Shown in pieces: positions 17,201-33,848 of a DNA stretch of 64,000 nucleotides. Made by a program: the position numbers and the translations under genes. Source of the stretch: an uncultured Acidobacteriota bacterium (GTDB lineage Bacteria; Acidobacteriota; Vicinamibacteria; Fen-336); assembly GCA_963720545.1 (NCBI GenBank), contig OY970399.1, positions 2,208,001-2,272,000 of the forward strand, written 5' to 3'. How positions within the stretch are numbered: position 1 is the stretch's first letter; each line of letters starts with the position of its first letter. The notes beneath the pieces are model-generated. The model made no database searches. It saw only the letters and a list, made by a program, of their open reading frames with translations, and was not told the origin of the DNA.

Positions 17201-19389
17201 GCGAGACGCAGCAAGACACGGGCGCCATCGCCCTTTCCGGCCTCAACGACTCGCAGCGCGAGGCGGTGCTCGCGACCGACGGCGCGGTGCTGATCCTGGC
17301 TGGTGCCGGCAGCGGCAAGACCCGCGTCATCACCCGGCGCATCGCCCACCTGCTGCTCGACCGCGGCGTGCCCGCGTACCAGATCCTCGCCGTCACCTTC
17401 ACCAACAAGGCCGCGGGCGAACTGCGCCGCCGCATCGAGGAACTCGCCGGCGATGCGGCGAAGGGCGGCTTCTTCTCCACCTTCCACAGCTTCGGCGTGC
17501 GCCTGCTGCGCCGCGAAGCCGAGGCCGCGGGGCTGCCGCACGACTTCGTCATCTACGACGGCGACGACCAGCTGTCCGCGGTGCGCGAAGTGCTGAAGCG
17601 CTTCGACATGAACGAGAAGCTCTACCCGCCGCACCGCCTGCTGTCGTGGATCTCGTCGCGCAAGAACCTCGGCCGCGGCGTGGCCATGGAGCGCGACGAC
17701 GACGACAGCCCGGGCCGCTACGCCGAGATCGCCGCCGGTTACGCTGCGGTGCTCACCGCCGCGCACGCGGTCGACTTCGACGACCTGCTGCTGCGCAGCG
17801 TGGCGCTCCTCGAGCGCAATGCCGCGGTGCGCGAGGCGTGGCAGCGGCGCTTCCGCTACATCCTGGTGGACGAGTACCAGGACACGAACCGCACCCAGTA
17901 CCAGCTCATACGCCTGCTCGCGGGCGAGAGCGGCAACATCACCGTGGTCGGCGACGAGGACCAGGCGATCTACTCGTGGCGCGGCGCCGACATCCAGAAC
18001 ATCCTCGACTTCGAGGCCGACTTCAAGGGCGCCAAGGTGCTGCGCCTCGAGGACAACTACCGCAGCTCGCAGTCGATCCTCGACGCGGCCGCGGCACTGG
18101 TCGAGAACAACAAGAAGCGCAAGGGCAAGACGTTGCGCGCCGCCCGCGGCACGGGTGAGCGGGTGCGCCTGCACGCGGCTTCGGACGAGTTCGAGGAAGC
18201 GGCGCACGTGGTTTCGCACCTCGACCGCCGCGGCTCGTCGGCAATCCTGTTTCGCATCAACGCGCAGAGCCGCCTGTTCGAGGAGGCGCTGCTGCGCCAG
18301 CGCATTCCCTACGTGGTGGTCGGCGGCGTGTCCTTCTACGAGCGCAAGGAAGTGAAGGACGTGCTCGCGTACCTGCGGCTCAGCCGCAACCTCGCGGACG
18401 CGGTGGCCTTCCGGCGCATCGTCAACGTGCCGGCGCGCGGCATCGGCAAGGCCAGCCTCGACACGATCGACCGCCTGGCGGCGCAGCGCGGCATCAGCCC
18501 GTGGGACGCGCTCGGCGCCGCGATCGACGAGGCACTGGTGCCGGCGCGCGCCGCGGTCGCGATGAACGGCTTTCGCGAGCTGCTGGGGCGCCTGCAGAAA
18601 GACAGCGCCGGCCTGACGGTGCGCGGTTTCCTGGAGCGCGCCCTGCAGCTCTCCGGCTATTCGGCGGCGCTCGCCGCCGAGGACAGCGAGGAGAGCCAGG
18701 GCCGCCTCGAGAACCTCGCCGAACTGCTCTCGGCCGCGGCCGAGTTCGAGGCGCGCACCGAGCACGCCGACCTCAGCGGCTTCCTCGACCAGATAGCGCT
18801 CCTCTCCGACACCGACAAGGCGAAGGGCGAGGCGCCGGTGGTGCTGATGACGCTGCACTCGGCCAAGGGGCTCGAGTTCGACGAGGTGTTTCTCGCCGGG
18901 CTCGAGGAGGGCCTGCTGCCGCACTCGCGCAGCATCGCGAACAGCGACCAGGTCGAAGAGGAGCGGCGCCTCGCCTACGTCGGCATGACCCGGGCGCGCG
19001 AGCGGCTACAGATTTCCTTCGCGCGCAGCCGCCTCGTCTTCGGCCAGCGGCGGCTGGCGGAGCCGAGCCGCTTCGTCGCCGAGATCCCGGACCACCTGCT
19101 CAGCAAATCGCAGGACGGCCGCCACTACGAGTACGAGCCGGGCAGCCGCTCGCCGCGGGCACCGGCGTGGCCCGCGAGGACGGCCCCGCGCCTGAGCGCG
19201 GAAACCCTGCCGCCACCGCTGCCCGCGGGCAAGTTCGCCGCGGGGCAGAGGGTGCGCCATCCGCTCTTCGGCGTGGGCACCGTGCTGCGCATCGATGGCG
19301 CCGGCGATGAACTGAAGCTCACCGTCAGCTTTCCCGGCGTCGGCGCGAAGAAGCTGGTCGCGCGCTTCGCCGGCCTGGAAGCGGTCTAG
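17197..19389 (+). CDS. pcrA: ATP-dependent DNA helicase PcrA/UvrD with C-terminal Tudor-like domain
   Basis: AGAGSGKT, VDEYQDTN, GDEDQAIYSWRGA, TLHSAKGLEF, EEERRLAYVGMTRA, VRHPLFGVG. Confidence 0.95.
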   Translation: MSETQQDTGAIALSGLNDSQREAVLATDGAVLILAGAGSGKTRVITRRIAHLLLDRGVPAYQILAVTFTNKAAGELRRRIEELAGDAAKGGFFSTFHSFGVRLLRREAEAAGLPHDFVIYDGDDQLSAVREVLKRFDMNEKLYPPHRLLSWISSRKNLGRGVAMERDDDDSPGRYAEIAAGYAAVLTAAHAVDFDDLLLRSVALLERNAAVREAWQRRFRYILVDEYQDTNRTQYQLIRLLAGESGNITVVGDEDQAIYSWRGADIQNILDFEADFKGAKVLRLEDNYRSSQSILDAAAALVENNKKRKGKTLRAARGTGERVRLHAASDEFEEAAHVVSHLDRRGSSAILFRINAQSRLFEEALLRQRIPYVVVGGVSFYERKEVKDVLAYLRLSRNLADAVAFRRIVNVPARGIGKASLDTIDRLAAQRGISPWDALGAAIDEALVPARAAVAMNGFRELLGRLQKDSAGLTVRGFLERALQLSGYSAALAAEDSEESQGRLENLAELLSAAAEFEARTEHADLSGFLDQIALLSDTDKAKGEAPVVLMTLHSAKGLEFDEVFLAGLEEGLLPHSRSIANSDQVEEERRLAYVGMTRARERLQISFARSRLVFGQRRLAEPSRFVAEIPDHLLSKSQDGRHYEYEPGSRSPRAPAWPARTAPRLSAETLPPPLPAGKFAAGQRVRHPLFGVGTVLRIDGAGDELKLTVSFPGVGAKKLVARFAGLEAV

Positions 19390-19391
19390 GC

Positions 19392-20057
19392 CTACTTCGC
19401 GGTGAGCCCGGTGACCACCCAGCGGCTGTTGAGCTTCTGCTCGCCGCTCTTCAGCTCGTAGCGGGTCAGGGTCATGGCGTAGGGCTTGGTGTCGCCTTCG
19501 GACGTCACGTCGACGTTGACGGTCTTGGTGTTGACGTCGCCGCTCAGCGACTCGATGTCGTCGGTGGGCGAGGTCAGCGACATGGTGACGAGCCGCTTCT
19601 CGCGGTCGACCGCGGAAGTGGCCTCGGCGAGCGCCTTCTTCAGGTCGCGGTCCTTGGTGTTGAACTGGTCCCACTTGGCGGCGAAGGTCGCGAGCTTGGG
19701 CGGAATCTTGCCGCCGGAGCGCAGCAGGTCCTGCACCTGGGTGCCTTCGGCAGGGTTGTCGAGCATGAAGGTCTGCGCCGCCTTCTTGTTGGCCGCGATC
19801 TGCGCGTCGAGGTCGTTGCGCTTGGCAACGAGGTCGGCCAGCGCCGCCGGACCCTTGGTGTCGGGCTCGCTGCCCTTGATGGTCCAGCTTTGCACCGTGC
19901 CGGGGAACGGCACCGTGGCGAAGCTGGAAAGCGTCTGGGTGTCGCCGGAGCGCACCGACTTGAAGTAGTTGTCGACGATCGCGTTCTCGGGTCCGCCGCA
20001 GGCCGCGCCCAGCAGACCGACTGCAAGCACTCCCGACAGGACTGTTAGGTTCCGCAT
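19392..20057 (-). CDS. lipoprotein with coiled-coil insert, unknown function
   Basis: GAGGAGG RBS; lipobox LGAAC; 10 nt downstream of gyrA. Confidence 0.8.
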   Translation of the reverse strand: MRNLTVLSGVLAVGLLGAACGGPENAIVDNYFKSVRSGDTQTLSSFATVPFPGTVQSWTIKGSEPDTKGPAALADLVAKRNDLDAQIAANKKAAQTFMLDNPAEGTQVQDLLRSGGKIPPKLATFAAKWDQFNTKDRDLKKALAEATSAVDREKRLVTMSLTSPTDDIESLSGDVNTKTVNVDVTSEGDTKPYAMTLTRYELKSGEQKLNSRWVVTGLTAK

Positions 20058-20067
20058 GAAGACCTCC

Positions 20068-27204
<7,137 letters not shown>

Positions 27205-27210
27205 CGTCAC

Positions 27211-27480
27211 TCTCTTTCTCTAGAGATCAATTTCATATGGGAAGTCATTGAAGTAAGGCGCGGCCCAAAGCTGTTGGCAACCGCCGCAAGGCATGGCAGG
27301 CAGGCTGTTTCGCCTGTGCAGCGTTCTGCGGAAAAGCGGCCCTGTGCCGTGCGTGCGCCTGTGCATGAAACGACCAGCCGGCAGGCGCGCACAAAGCATC
27401 CACAGGCCGTGCTGGCCGGTCGCTGTTGACGTTTGCGGGCAAAGTCATTGCAGGCCTTGGATAAGGCTGTTGATAAGCCT
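27211..27480. other. oriC subregion between dnaA and dnaN (degenerate DnaA boxes, GC clamp, DnaA-trio-like/AT-rich element)
   Basis: DnaA-box-like TGTTGATAA 27468, CTTGGATAA 27456, GCATCCACA 27396, TGTGCATGA 27360, TGCGGAAAA 27327, TGTTGGCAA 27272; minus strand GGGCCGCGCC-T-TAC TTC AAT GAC TTC followed by AT-rich DNA. Confidence 0.7.
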
Positions 27481-28752
27481 GTCGAATTCCGGATCCTTCT
27501 TGCGCTCGGCTTCGATCTTGCGCACCGAGTGGATCACCGTCGAATGATGCTTGCCGCCAAAGCCCTTGCCGATCTCGGGCAAGGACGCCGAGGTGAGCGC
27601 CTTGGCGAGGTACATCGCGATCTGCCGCGGGAACGCCACCGCCTTGGCGTTGTTCTTGGCCTTGAGGTCGGCCATCTTGATGCTGAACTTCTCGGCGACC
27701 GTCTTCTGGATCATCTCCATCGACACCGGCTTGCCGTCGTTCTGGATGAGGTCGCGCAGCACGTCCTGGGCGAGCGGCAGGTCGATGTCGCGCCCGGTGA
27801 GGCTGGCATACGCGATCAGGCGGATCAGGCTGCCCTCGAGCTCGCGCACGTTGGTCTTCACCTTGCTGGCGATGAAGAAGGCGACGTTCTCGGGAATCTC
27901 GACCCTTTCGGACTCCGCCTTCTTGCGCAGGATTGCGACCTTGGTCTCGATGTCCGGCGACTGGATGTCGGCGATCAGCCCCCACTCGAAGCGGCTCATC
28001 AGGCGCTCTTCGATGTTCTGGATCTGGCGCGGCGGGCAGTCGCTCGAGATCACGATCTGTTTCTGCGCATCGTGCAGGGCGTTGAACAGGTGGAAGAACT
28101 CCTCCTGGGTGCGATCCTTGCCGGCGATGAACTGGATGTCGTCGATCAGCAGCACGTCCACCTTGCGGTACTTCTGGCGAAAGGCGTTGAGGCGGTCGAA
28201 GCGCAGCGCGTTGATCATCTCGTTGATGAAGCGGTCGGAAGAGATGTAGAGCAGGCTTGAGGTGCGGTTGCGGGCGCGCACGTAGTGGCCGATCGCGTGC
28301 ATGAGGTGGGTCTTGCCCAGGCCCACCCCGCCGTAGATGAACAGCGGGTTGTAGGACTTCGAGGGAATCTCGGCCACCGCACGCGAGGCCGCGTGCGCGA
28401 ACTGGTTGGACGAGCCGACGACGAAGGTTTCGAACGTGTACTTGGGGTTGAGGATCGAGATGTCCGCGACTTCCGCCGCGTCGGGGCTTCCGGCTGCGCC
28501 TTCCGAGGGTTCGAAGGCGACCGACAAGTCGCCGCGGCCGATGTCGCTGAGCGCCTCTTCGATGACCGCCTTGTAGTTCTTGGTGAGCCAATCGCGAAAC
28601 TGGATGTTCGGCACCGAAACGATGAGCGAAGCGCCGTCCAGGGCGCGAAAGGACGTCGGGCGGAACCAGGTGGCGAAACTGTACTCGTTGACCTTGCTCT
28701 CGACTCGCGTAAGCACTCGGTCCCAAAGGCCGGCGATGTCAGACGTGGTCAA
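27445..28752 (-). CDS. dnaA: chromosomal replication initiator DnaA
   Basis: NPKYTFETFV, YNPLFIYGGVGLGKTHL, LLIDDIQF, domain IV RQIAMYL..SLPEIG..FGGKHHSTV. Confidence 0.98.
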   Translation of the reverse strand: MTTSDIAGLWDRVLTRVESKVNEYSFATWFRPTSFRALDGASLIVSVPNIQFRDWLTKNYKAVIEEALSDIGRGDLSVAFEPSEGAAGSPDAAEVADISILNPKYTFETFVVGSSNQFAHAASRAVAEIPSKSYNPLFIYGGVGLGKTHLMHAIGHYVRARNRTSSLLYISSDRFINEMINALRFDRLNAFRQKYRKVDVLLIDDIQFIAGKDRTQEEFFHLFNALHDAQKQIVISSDCPPRQIQNIEERLMSRFEWGLIADIQSPDIETKVAILRKKAESERVEIPENVAFFIASKVKTNVRELEGSLIRLIAYASLTGRDIDLPLAQDVLRDLIQNDGKPVSMEMIQKTVAEKFSIKMADLKAKNNAKAVAFPRQIAMYLAKALTSASLPEIGKGFGGKHHSTVIHSVRKIEAERKKDPEFDRLINSLIQGLQ

Positions 28753-28900
28753 TCTTGCCCTGTTATCTTATTGAAACTAAACCACTTAATGTAATCTACA
28801 CTGCGCGCACAGAGCGCAGGTTCGAAGAAACGCCCTTTTGCACAGAGATTTCAACACCTGTGGAAAATAACGGCCAGAAAACCTTGAATAGACAGGCCTG
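28753..28900. promoter_or_regulatory. DnaA-box cluster upstream of dnaA (autoregulation / second oriC subregion)
   Basis: TTTTGCACA 28836-44 and TGTGGAAAA 28859-67 both fit TTWTNCACA; ATTTCAACA between them; AT-rich 28761-28800. Confidence 0.75.
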
Positions 28901-28972
28901 GGAGCGCGGCTTAAGACACGAAAAATCTACCACATGGGGGCCCTTCCGGCAACCATTTGACGGGCCTCGCGG

Positions 28973-29002
28973 TTGACATTTCCCGAGCGGCCTCGGTACA
29001 CT
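28973..29002 (+). promoter_or_regulatory. sigma70 promoter of the rpmH operon
   Basis: TTGACA-18 nt-TACACT. Confidence 0.7.
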
Positions 29003-29060
29003 CTAAGGCTTTGCACCTCCCGCCCTTAGCGGGATTTTGAAGAGGCCTGAAAGCAACCAA

Positions 29061-29195
29061 ATGAAGCGCACGTTCCAGCCGAACAACCGCAAGCGCAAGC
29101 GCACCCATGGTTTCCTCGTGCGGATGCGTACCAAGGGCGGCCGCCTGGTGTTGAAGCGGCGCCGGGCCAAGGGCCGCAAGCGTCTCGCGGTCTAG
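29061..29195 (+). CDS. rpmH: 50S ribosomal protein L34 (not in the ORF track)
   Basis: Translated by hand: [44 protein letters not shown]. Confidence 0.98.
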   Translation: MKRTFQPNNRKRKRTHGFLVRMRTKGGRLVLKRRRAKGRKRLAV

Positions 29196-29245
29196 CGGGT
29201 CCCGAAGCGGGAACCGCGGCGCCAAGAGAGCGTGGTCCAGGGTGC

Positions 29246-29638
29246 ATGTCGCGGGCGGCTGCGCGCAGCCTCGGACGGCTGCGAAGCAAGGCAGATTTCC
29301 AGAAGGCCTTCAAGGAGGGGCGGCGCATCGACGGCGCCTTCTTCCTCTTCATCGCGGCGCAGAACCAGTGCGCCCAGCTGCGGCTCGGCCTCGCGGTTTC
29401 GCGGCGCGTCGGCTCGGCGGTGGTGCGCAACCGTGCCAAGCGCCTGTTGCGCGAGGCGCTGCGCCAGAGGCTGCGCAACACGGCCCTGCCGGCGCCCACG
29501 ATCGACCTGGTGCTAGTCGCGAAGCCGGATATCGGCGCCGCCACGCTGCGCGGCCTCGCGGATGAGCTCGAGCGCCGCCTCGCCCGCTTCCTCCGCGCTG
29601 GAACGCGGCCTCGTTTCGCTGCTGCTCCTCGGCATTGA
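29246..29638 (+). CDS. rnpA: ribonuclease P protein component
   Basis: RLGLAVSRRVGSAVVRNRAKRLLRE. Confidence 0.93.
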   Translation: MSRAAARSLGRLRSKADFQKAFKEGRRIDGAFFLFIAAQNQCAQLRLGLAVSRRVGSAVVRNRAKRLLREALRQRLRNTALPAPTIDLVLVAKPDIGAATLRGLADELERRLARFLRAGTRPRFAAAPRH

Positions 29639-29819
29639 GGCCTACCGCGTGACCCTGTCGCCGCTCCTTGGCGGCTTTTGCCGTTTCGAGCCCACCTGCA
29701 GCCGCTACGCCGAGGAGGCGCTGCGGCGCCACGGAGCGTGGCGCGGCAGCTTCCTGGCCGCGCGGCGCCTGGGCAGCTGCCGGCCGTTCGGCCGCAGCGG
29801 CTACGACCCAGTCCCCTAA
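29562..29819 (+). CDS. yidD: membrane protein insertion efficiency factor
   Basis: CRFEPTCSRYA...G.....RL..C.PF...GYDPVP; start uncertain. Confidence 0.9.
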   Translation: MSSSAASPASSALERGLVSLLLLGIEAYRVTLSPLLGGFCRFEPTCSRYAEEALRRHGAWRGSFLAARRLGSCRPFGRSGYDPVP

Positions 29820-29849
29820 AACGAAGAGCAAAGAGAACCAAAGAAACCG

Positions 29850-31550
29850 ATGGACGAGAAGCGGATCCTGCTGGCGTTCGTTCTGACCTACCTCCTGATC
29901 GTGGCGGTGCGCTATCTGTCGCCGCCGGCGCCGCCAAAGCCGTCGCCTGCGCCGCCCGCGGTGGCCGCTCCGGCGACGCCTGGAGCCGAGCCCGGGGCGT
30001 CGCCGGCCGCAGCGGCGCGGGCTCCGGCATCGCCGGCAAACGCGGCACCCACGCCTGCCGCCACGGCCGCCCCTGCCGTCGCCGACACGGCCGAAAAGCG
30101 CATCGAGGTCCACACGCCGGTCTTCAGCCTGGCGTTCACCAACCGCGGGGCGCGCCTGCTGTCGTGGGAGCTCGTCAACTACCGCAATGCCCGCGGCCAG
30201 CCGGAAGAAATGACCCCCGGCCTCAAGGACGGACCGAAGCCGCTCGACCTCGAGACCGGCGACGTCGAACTCGACCGGCGCCTGCGCGAGGGCCTGTTCG
30301 TCCCCTCGAGCGAGGACGTCAAGGTCGATCCCGGCGGCAGCGCCGAACTGAGTTTCCGCTTCAGTGACGGCGACCTGGCCGCCACCAAGACGCTCTCCTT
30401 TCAGTCGGGCTACCTCGTCTCGGTCGCGGCTTCGGTCGAGCGCAGCGGACGCGAGATCGGCAAGAAGATCGTCTGGGGCCCGGGCATTTCGGCGCAGAGC
30501 GAGGCCGAAAAGGCCGTGCAGGGCTATACCCCGCCGGCGGCGGTGTTCCTGAGCGGCGACTCGCTCGAAAAGCTGGCGGGCGACAAGATCGCCGGGCCGA
30601 GGGCCCTCGGCCAGGTGGTTTTCGCGGGCGTCGAGAGCCACTATTTCGCGGCGCTGTTCATGCCGAGGGACAGCGGCGCCAGCGCTGCCGTGCGGGTGTT
30701 CGCCGCGCCGGGGGCCGACGGCAAGCCGCACCAGTCGCCGGTCGCCGAACTGGACCTCGGGACCGGGACCGGGGCCGCCAGCCTCTACGTCGGGCCCAAG
30801 GACCACACCTTGCTGGCCCGTATAGACCCGTCGCTCGCCAGGGTGGTCGAAGTCGGCAGCTGGATCGGGCCGATCGTGGTGCCGATGATCGCGCTCCTCA
30901 AGTGGCTGTACGGCTGGATCGGCAACTACGGATGGGCGATCGTGCTGCTGACGGTCGGCATCAACCTGGTGATGGGCCCGCTGCGCCACATGTCGATCGC
31001 CAACGGCGTCAAGATGGCGAAGCTGAGCCCGGAGATGCGGGTCATCCAGGAGCGTTACCGCAAGGTGCCGGCGCTCGATCCCAAGCGCCAGGACATGCAC
31101 AAGGAGATCCAGGCGCTCTACGCCCGCCACGGCATGAGCATGAGCTCGCAGATGACCGTCGGCTGCCTGCCGCTGCTCATCACCATGCCCTTCCTGTTCG
31201 CGATCTACCGCGTGCTGCAGGTGAGCATCGAATTGCGCGGCGCGCACTTCCTGTGGATTCCGGACTTGAGCCAGAAGGATCCTTACTTCATCATTCCGGT
31301 CTTGATGGGCCTTTCGATGTTCCTGATGCAGCGGATGATGCCGTCGGCGATGGATCCGGCGCAGCAACGCATCATGATGCTGATGCCGCTGATGTTCACG
31401 GTGATGTTCTTCGCCGCGCCCGCCGGCATGAACCTCTACTGGCTCACCTCCAACGTCTGCTCGATCATTCAGCAGACGATCACCCTCAAGCTGGTGGGCG
31501 GCCGCGCCGCGCTGTCGCCGGCCCGCTCCGGGAAAGGGGCCGCGCGATGA
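29850..31550 (+). CDS. yidC: membrane protein insertase YidC
   Basis: N-terminal TM helix, Pro/Ala linker, periplasmic domain, GNYGWAI, GCLPLL, LWIPDLS..DPYF. Confidence 0.95.
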   Translation: MDEKRILLAFVLTYLLIVAVRYLSPPAPPKPSPAPPAVAAPATPGAEPGASPAAAARAPASPANAAPTPAATAAPAVADTAEKRIEVHTPVFSLAFTNRGARLLSWELVNYRNARGQPEEMTPGLKDGPKPLDLETGDVELDRRLREGLFVPSSEDVKVDPGGSAELSFRFSDGDLAATKTLSFQSGYLVSVAASVERSGREIGKKIVWGPGISAQSEAEKAVQGYTPPAAVFLSGDSLEKLAGDKIAGPRALGQVVFAGVESHYFAALFMPRDSGASAAVRVFAAPGADGKPHQSPVAELDLGTGTGAASLYVGPKDHTLLARIDPSLARVVEVGSWIGPIVVPMIALLKWLYGWIGNYGWAIVLLTVGINLVMGPLRHMSIANGVKMAKLSPEMRVIQERYRKVPALDPKRQDMHKEIQALYARHGMSMSSQMTVGCLPLLITMPFLFAIYRVLQVSIELRGAHFLWIPDLSQKDPYFIIPVLMGLSMFLMQRMMPSAMDPAQQRIMMLMPLMFTVMFFAAPAGMNLYWLTSNVCSIIQQTITLKLVGGRAALSPARSGKGAAR

Positions 31551-32329
31551 AGGACGCCGTCTTCACCGGGAAGGACGTCGCGGAGGCGCTGCTGCGCGCC
31601 GCGGAGAGCCTGGGCGTTGCCGCCGCGCAGATCCATCACGTCGTGGTCGATGCCGGTTCGCCGGCGACACCCGGCCGGGCGGCGACGCCGGCGCGCATCG
31701 CCGTCATGCTCGAGACCCTGAAGCCGGCGCGCGCCACCGCACCCGTGCAGACATCGGCCGCCGCCGGCCCGGAAGCGCGCGCGCCGCGCCCCGGCCGCGG
31801 CCGCCGTGACCACGACGCAGCCGCCGCCCCTCGCGAGACGCCGCGCCCGCCCGCTTCCGAGGCGGCAGCCGAGTTCGGCAGCTCGGTGGTGAGCCTGGGC
31901 CAGGCGTTTGCGGCGGCGCTGCAGGTGCCCTTCGAGATGGCGGTCGACCGCCAGGGCGAACGCATCAGCGTCGGCGTCTCCGGCGCGGGCGCCGAAGCGC
32001 TCGACGACGCCGAGGGCGAGACCCTGCTGGCCCTCGAGACCATCCTGCAGCGCATCGCCGGCCGCTGCGGCGAGACGGCGCGGGTGGTGGTCGCCAACCC
32101 GGCGCGCAAGTCGGTGCGCGAAGCTTCCCTCACCGCCGAAGCGCTGCGCCTCGCGCAGGACGTCAAGGAGCGAGGCCTGCCGCGGATGATGCCGCCGCTC
32201 AATTCCTACGAGCGGCGTGTGGTGCACATGGTGCTGTCGCAGGTCGAGGGCATCAAGACCTACAGCGTCGGCGATGGCATGGAGCGCCGCCTGACGATCG
32301 CGCTCAGCTCGGAAAACACCGCCGAGTGA
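31547..32329 (+). CDS. khpB: Jag/KhpB (EloR) family protein: Jag_N, degenerate KH, R3H
   Basis: FTGKDVAEAL N-terminus; PLNSYERRVVH (R3H); follows yidC. Confidence 0.8.
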   Translation: MKDAVFTGKDVAEALLRAAESLGVAAAQIHHVVVDAGSPATPGRAATPARIAVMLETLKPARATAPVQTSAAAGPEARAPRPGRGRRDHDAAAAPRETPRPPASEAAAEFGSSVVSLGQAFAAALQVPFEMAVDRQGERISVGVSGAGAEALDDAEGETLLALETILQRIAGRCGETARVVVANPARKSVREASLTAEALRLAQDVKERGLPRMMPPLNSYERRVVHMVLSQVEGIKTYSVGDGMERRLTIALSSENTAE

Positions 32330-32895
32330 AGCCGCCGGTCCCGGGCCACCAGGAGGCCCTGGCCGCTGCGGGACTGTCCGCGGGCGCCACCGCGGCACTG
32401 GCACCCTACCTCGACCTGCTGGCGCGCTGGTCGCGGCGCGTCAACCTCACCGCCGCCGCAACCCCCGAGGAGCGTGTCGCCCTGCTGGTGGCGCCGGTGG
32501 CGCCCCTGGCCACGGCGCTGCAGCCGGGCCGCCTCCTCGACATCGGTTCGGGCAACGGCTCGCCGGGGCTGGTGCTGGCGCTGCTGCGGCCCGACGTGCA
32601 GGCGACCCTGCTCGAGCCGCGCACCCGCCGCTGGGCGTTCCTGCGCGAGGCGGCGCGCGCCTGCGGCCGCGGCGACATCGAGGTGCGCCCGTGGCGCCAC
32701 GACGCCTGGCGCGGGCCGGCCTGCGCCAACGTCACCATCCGCGCCCTGGCGCTGCCGTTGCCAGCGCTGCTTGGGTTTCTGGCGCCCGAGGGTCAGCTGC
32801 TCGTGTGGGGCGAGGCACCCACGGGCCCTGCCGGCCGCGAACTCGACCACGCCGAGCTGGTGGTCGCCGGCCGCCGCGTGCATCGTTACCGCTGA
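32326..32895 (+). CDS. rsmG: 16S rRNA m7G methyltransferase RsmG (short, divergent)
   Basis: YLDLL.RW...NLTA, LLDIGSGNGSPG, LLE....R.AFL; located before parA. Confidence 0.85.
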   Translation: MKPPVPGHQEALAAAGLSAGATAALAPYLDLLARWSRRVNLTAAATPEERVALLVAPVAPLATALQPGRLLDIGSGNGSPGLVLALLRPDVQATLLEPRTRRWAFLREAARACGRGDIEVRPWRHDAWRGPACANVTIRALALPLPALLGFLAPEGQLLVWGEAPTGPAGRELDHAELVVAGRRVHRYR

Positions 32896-32896
32896 A

Positions 32897-32912
32897 TGTT
32901 TCCCGTGGAACA
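32897..32912. promoter_or_regulatory. parS site (2 mismatches)
   Basis: TGTTTCCCGTGGAACA. Confidence 0.85.
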
Positions 32913-32935
32913 CCGGCGCCGGCCGCCAGCCAGTC

Positions 32936-32951
32936 TGTTTCACGTGAAACA
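32936..32951. promoter_or_regulatory. parS site (perfect palindrome)
   Basis: TGTTTCACGTGAAACA equals the canonical parS consensus. Confidence 0.95.
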
Positions 32952-33089
32952 GCCTGAATTACGAATACATACTAAACATAAAGCGTTTACGTTGGCGCCC
33001 GTTCAAGCCCTGCGGACCGCCGCGCGTGGTATCCTCCCGCCCCGCAACAGACGCCGTGGCGGCAGCTAAGGGAGAGCAGAACCGCGACC

Positions 33090-33848
33090 GTGGGCCGGAT
33101 CATCGCCGTGGCGAACCAGAAGGGTGGCGTCGGCAAGACCACGACCACCATCAACCTGGCCGCGAGCCTCGCCGTCGCCGAGAAGCGCGTGCTCGTGATC
33201 GACGCCGACCCGCAGGGCAACCTCACCTCGGGGCTCGGCAAGCGCACCAGGGACCCGCGCCAGAGCCTCTACGAAGTGCTGATCGACGGCGCCGCGATCG
33301 ACCACGTGATCCTGCCGACCGAGCTCGAGTTCCTGTGGCTGGTGCCCGCCGACCGCAACCTCACCGGGTGCGAGGTCGAGCTGGTGTCGGTCGAGCGCCG
33401 CGAATTCGCGCTCAGCCAGGCGCTTGCACCGCTCGCGCCGCGCTACGACTTCATCTTCATCGACTGTCCGCCGAGCCTCGGCCTCCTGACGCTGAACGCG
33501 CTGGTCGCCGCCGACTCGGTGCTGGTACCCTTGCAGGCCGAATACTTCGCCCTCGAGGGAATCACCGAGCTCATGTCGACGACGGCGCGCGTGACGGAGA
33601 GCCTCAACCCCAATCTCAGAATCGAGGGCGTGGTGCTCACCATGACCGACGAGCGCACCAACCTCACGCAGCAGGTGACGAGCGAGATCCGCGCGCACTT
33701 CAAGGACAAGGTGTTCAAGACGGTCATCCCGCGCAGCATCCGCCTGGGTGAGGCGCCGTCCTTCGGCAAGCCGATCGTCCTCTACGACATCCGCTCGCGC
33801 GGCGCGCAGGCCTATCTCGAGCTCGCCCGGGAGATGCTGCGGCGATGA
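33090..33848 (+). CDS. parA: chromosome partitioning ATPase ParA/Soj
   Basis: NQKGGVGKTTT, DADPQGN, IDCPPSLG. Confidence 0.96.
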   Translation: MGRIIAVANQKGGVGKTTTTINLAASLAVAEKRVLVIDADPQGNLTSGLGKRTRDPRQSLYEVLIDGAAIDHVILPTELEFLWLVPADRNLTGCEVELVSVERREFALSQALAPLAPRYDFIFIDCPPSLGLLTLNALVAADSVLVPLQAEYFALEGITELMSTTARVTESLNPNLRIEGVVLTMTDERTNLTQQVTSEIRAHFKDKVFKTVIPRSIRLGEAPSFGKPIVLYDIRSRGAQAYLELAREMLRR

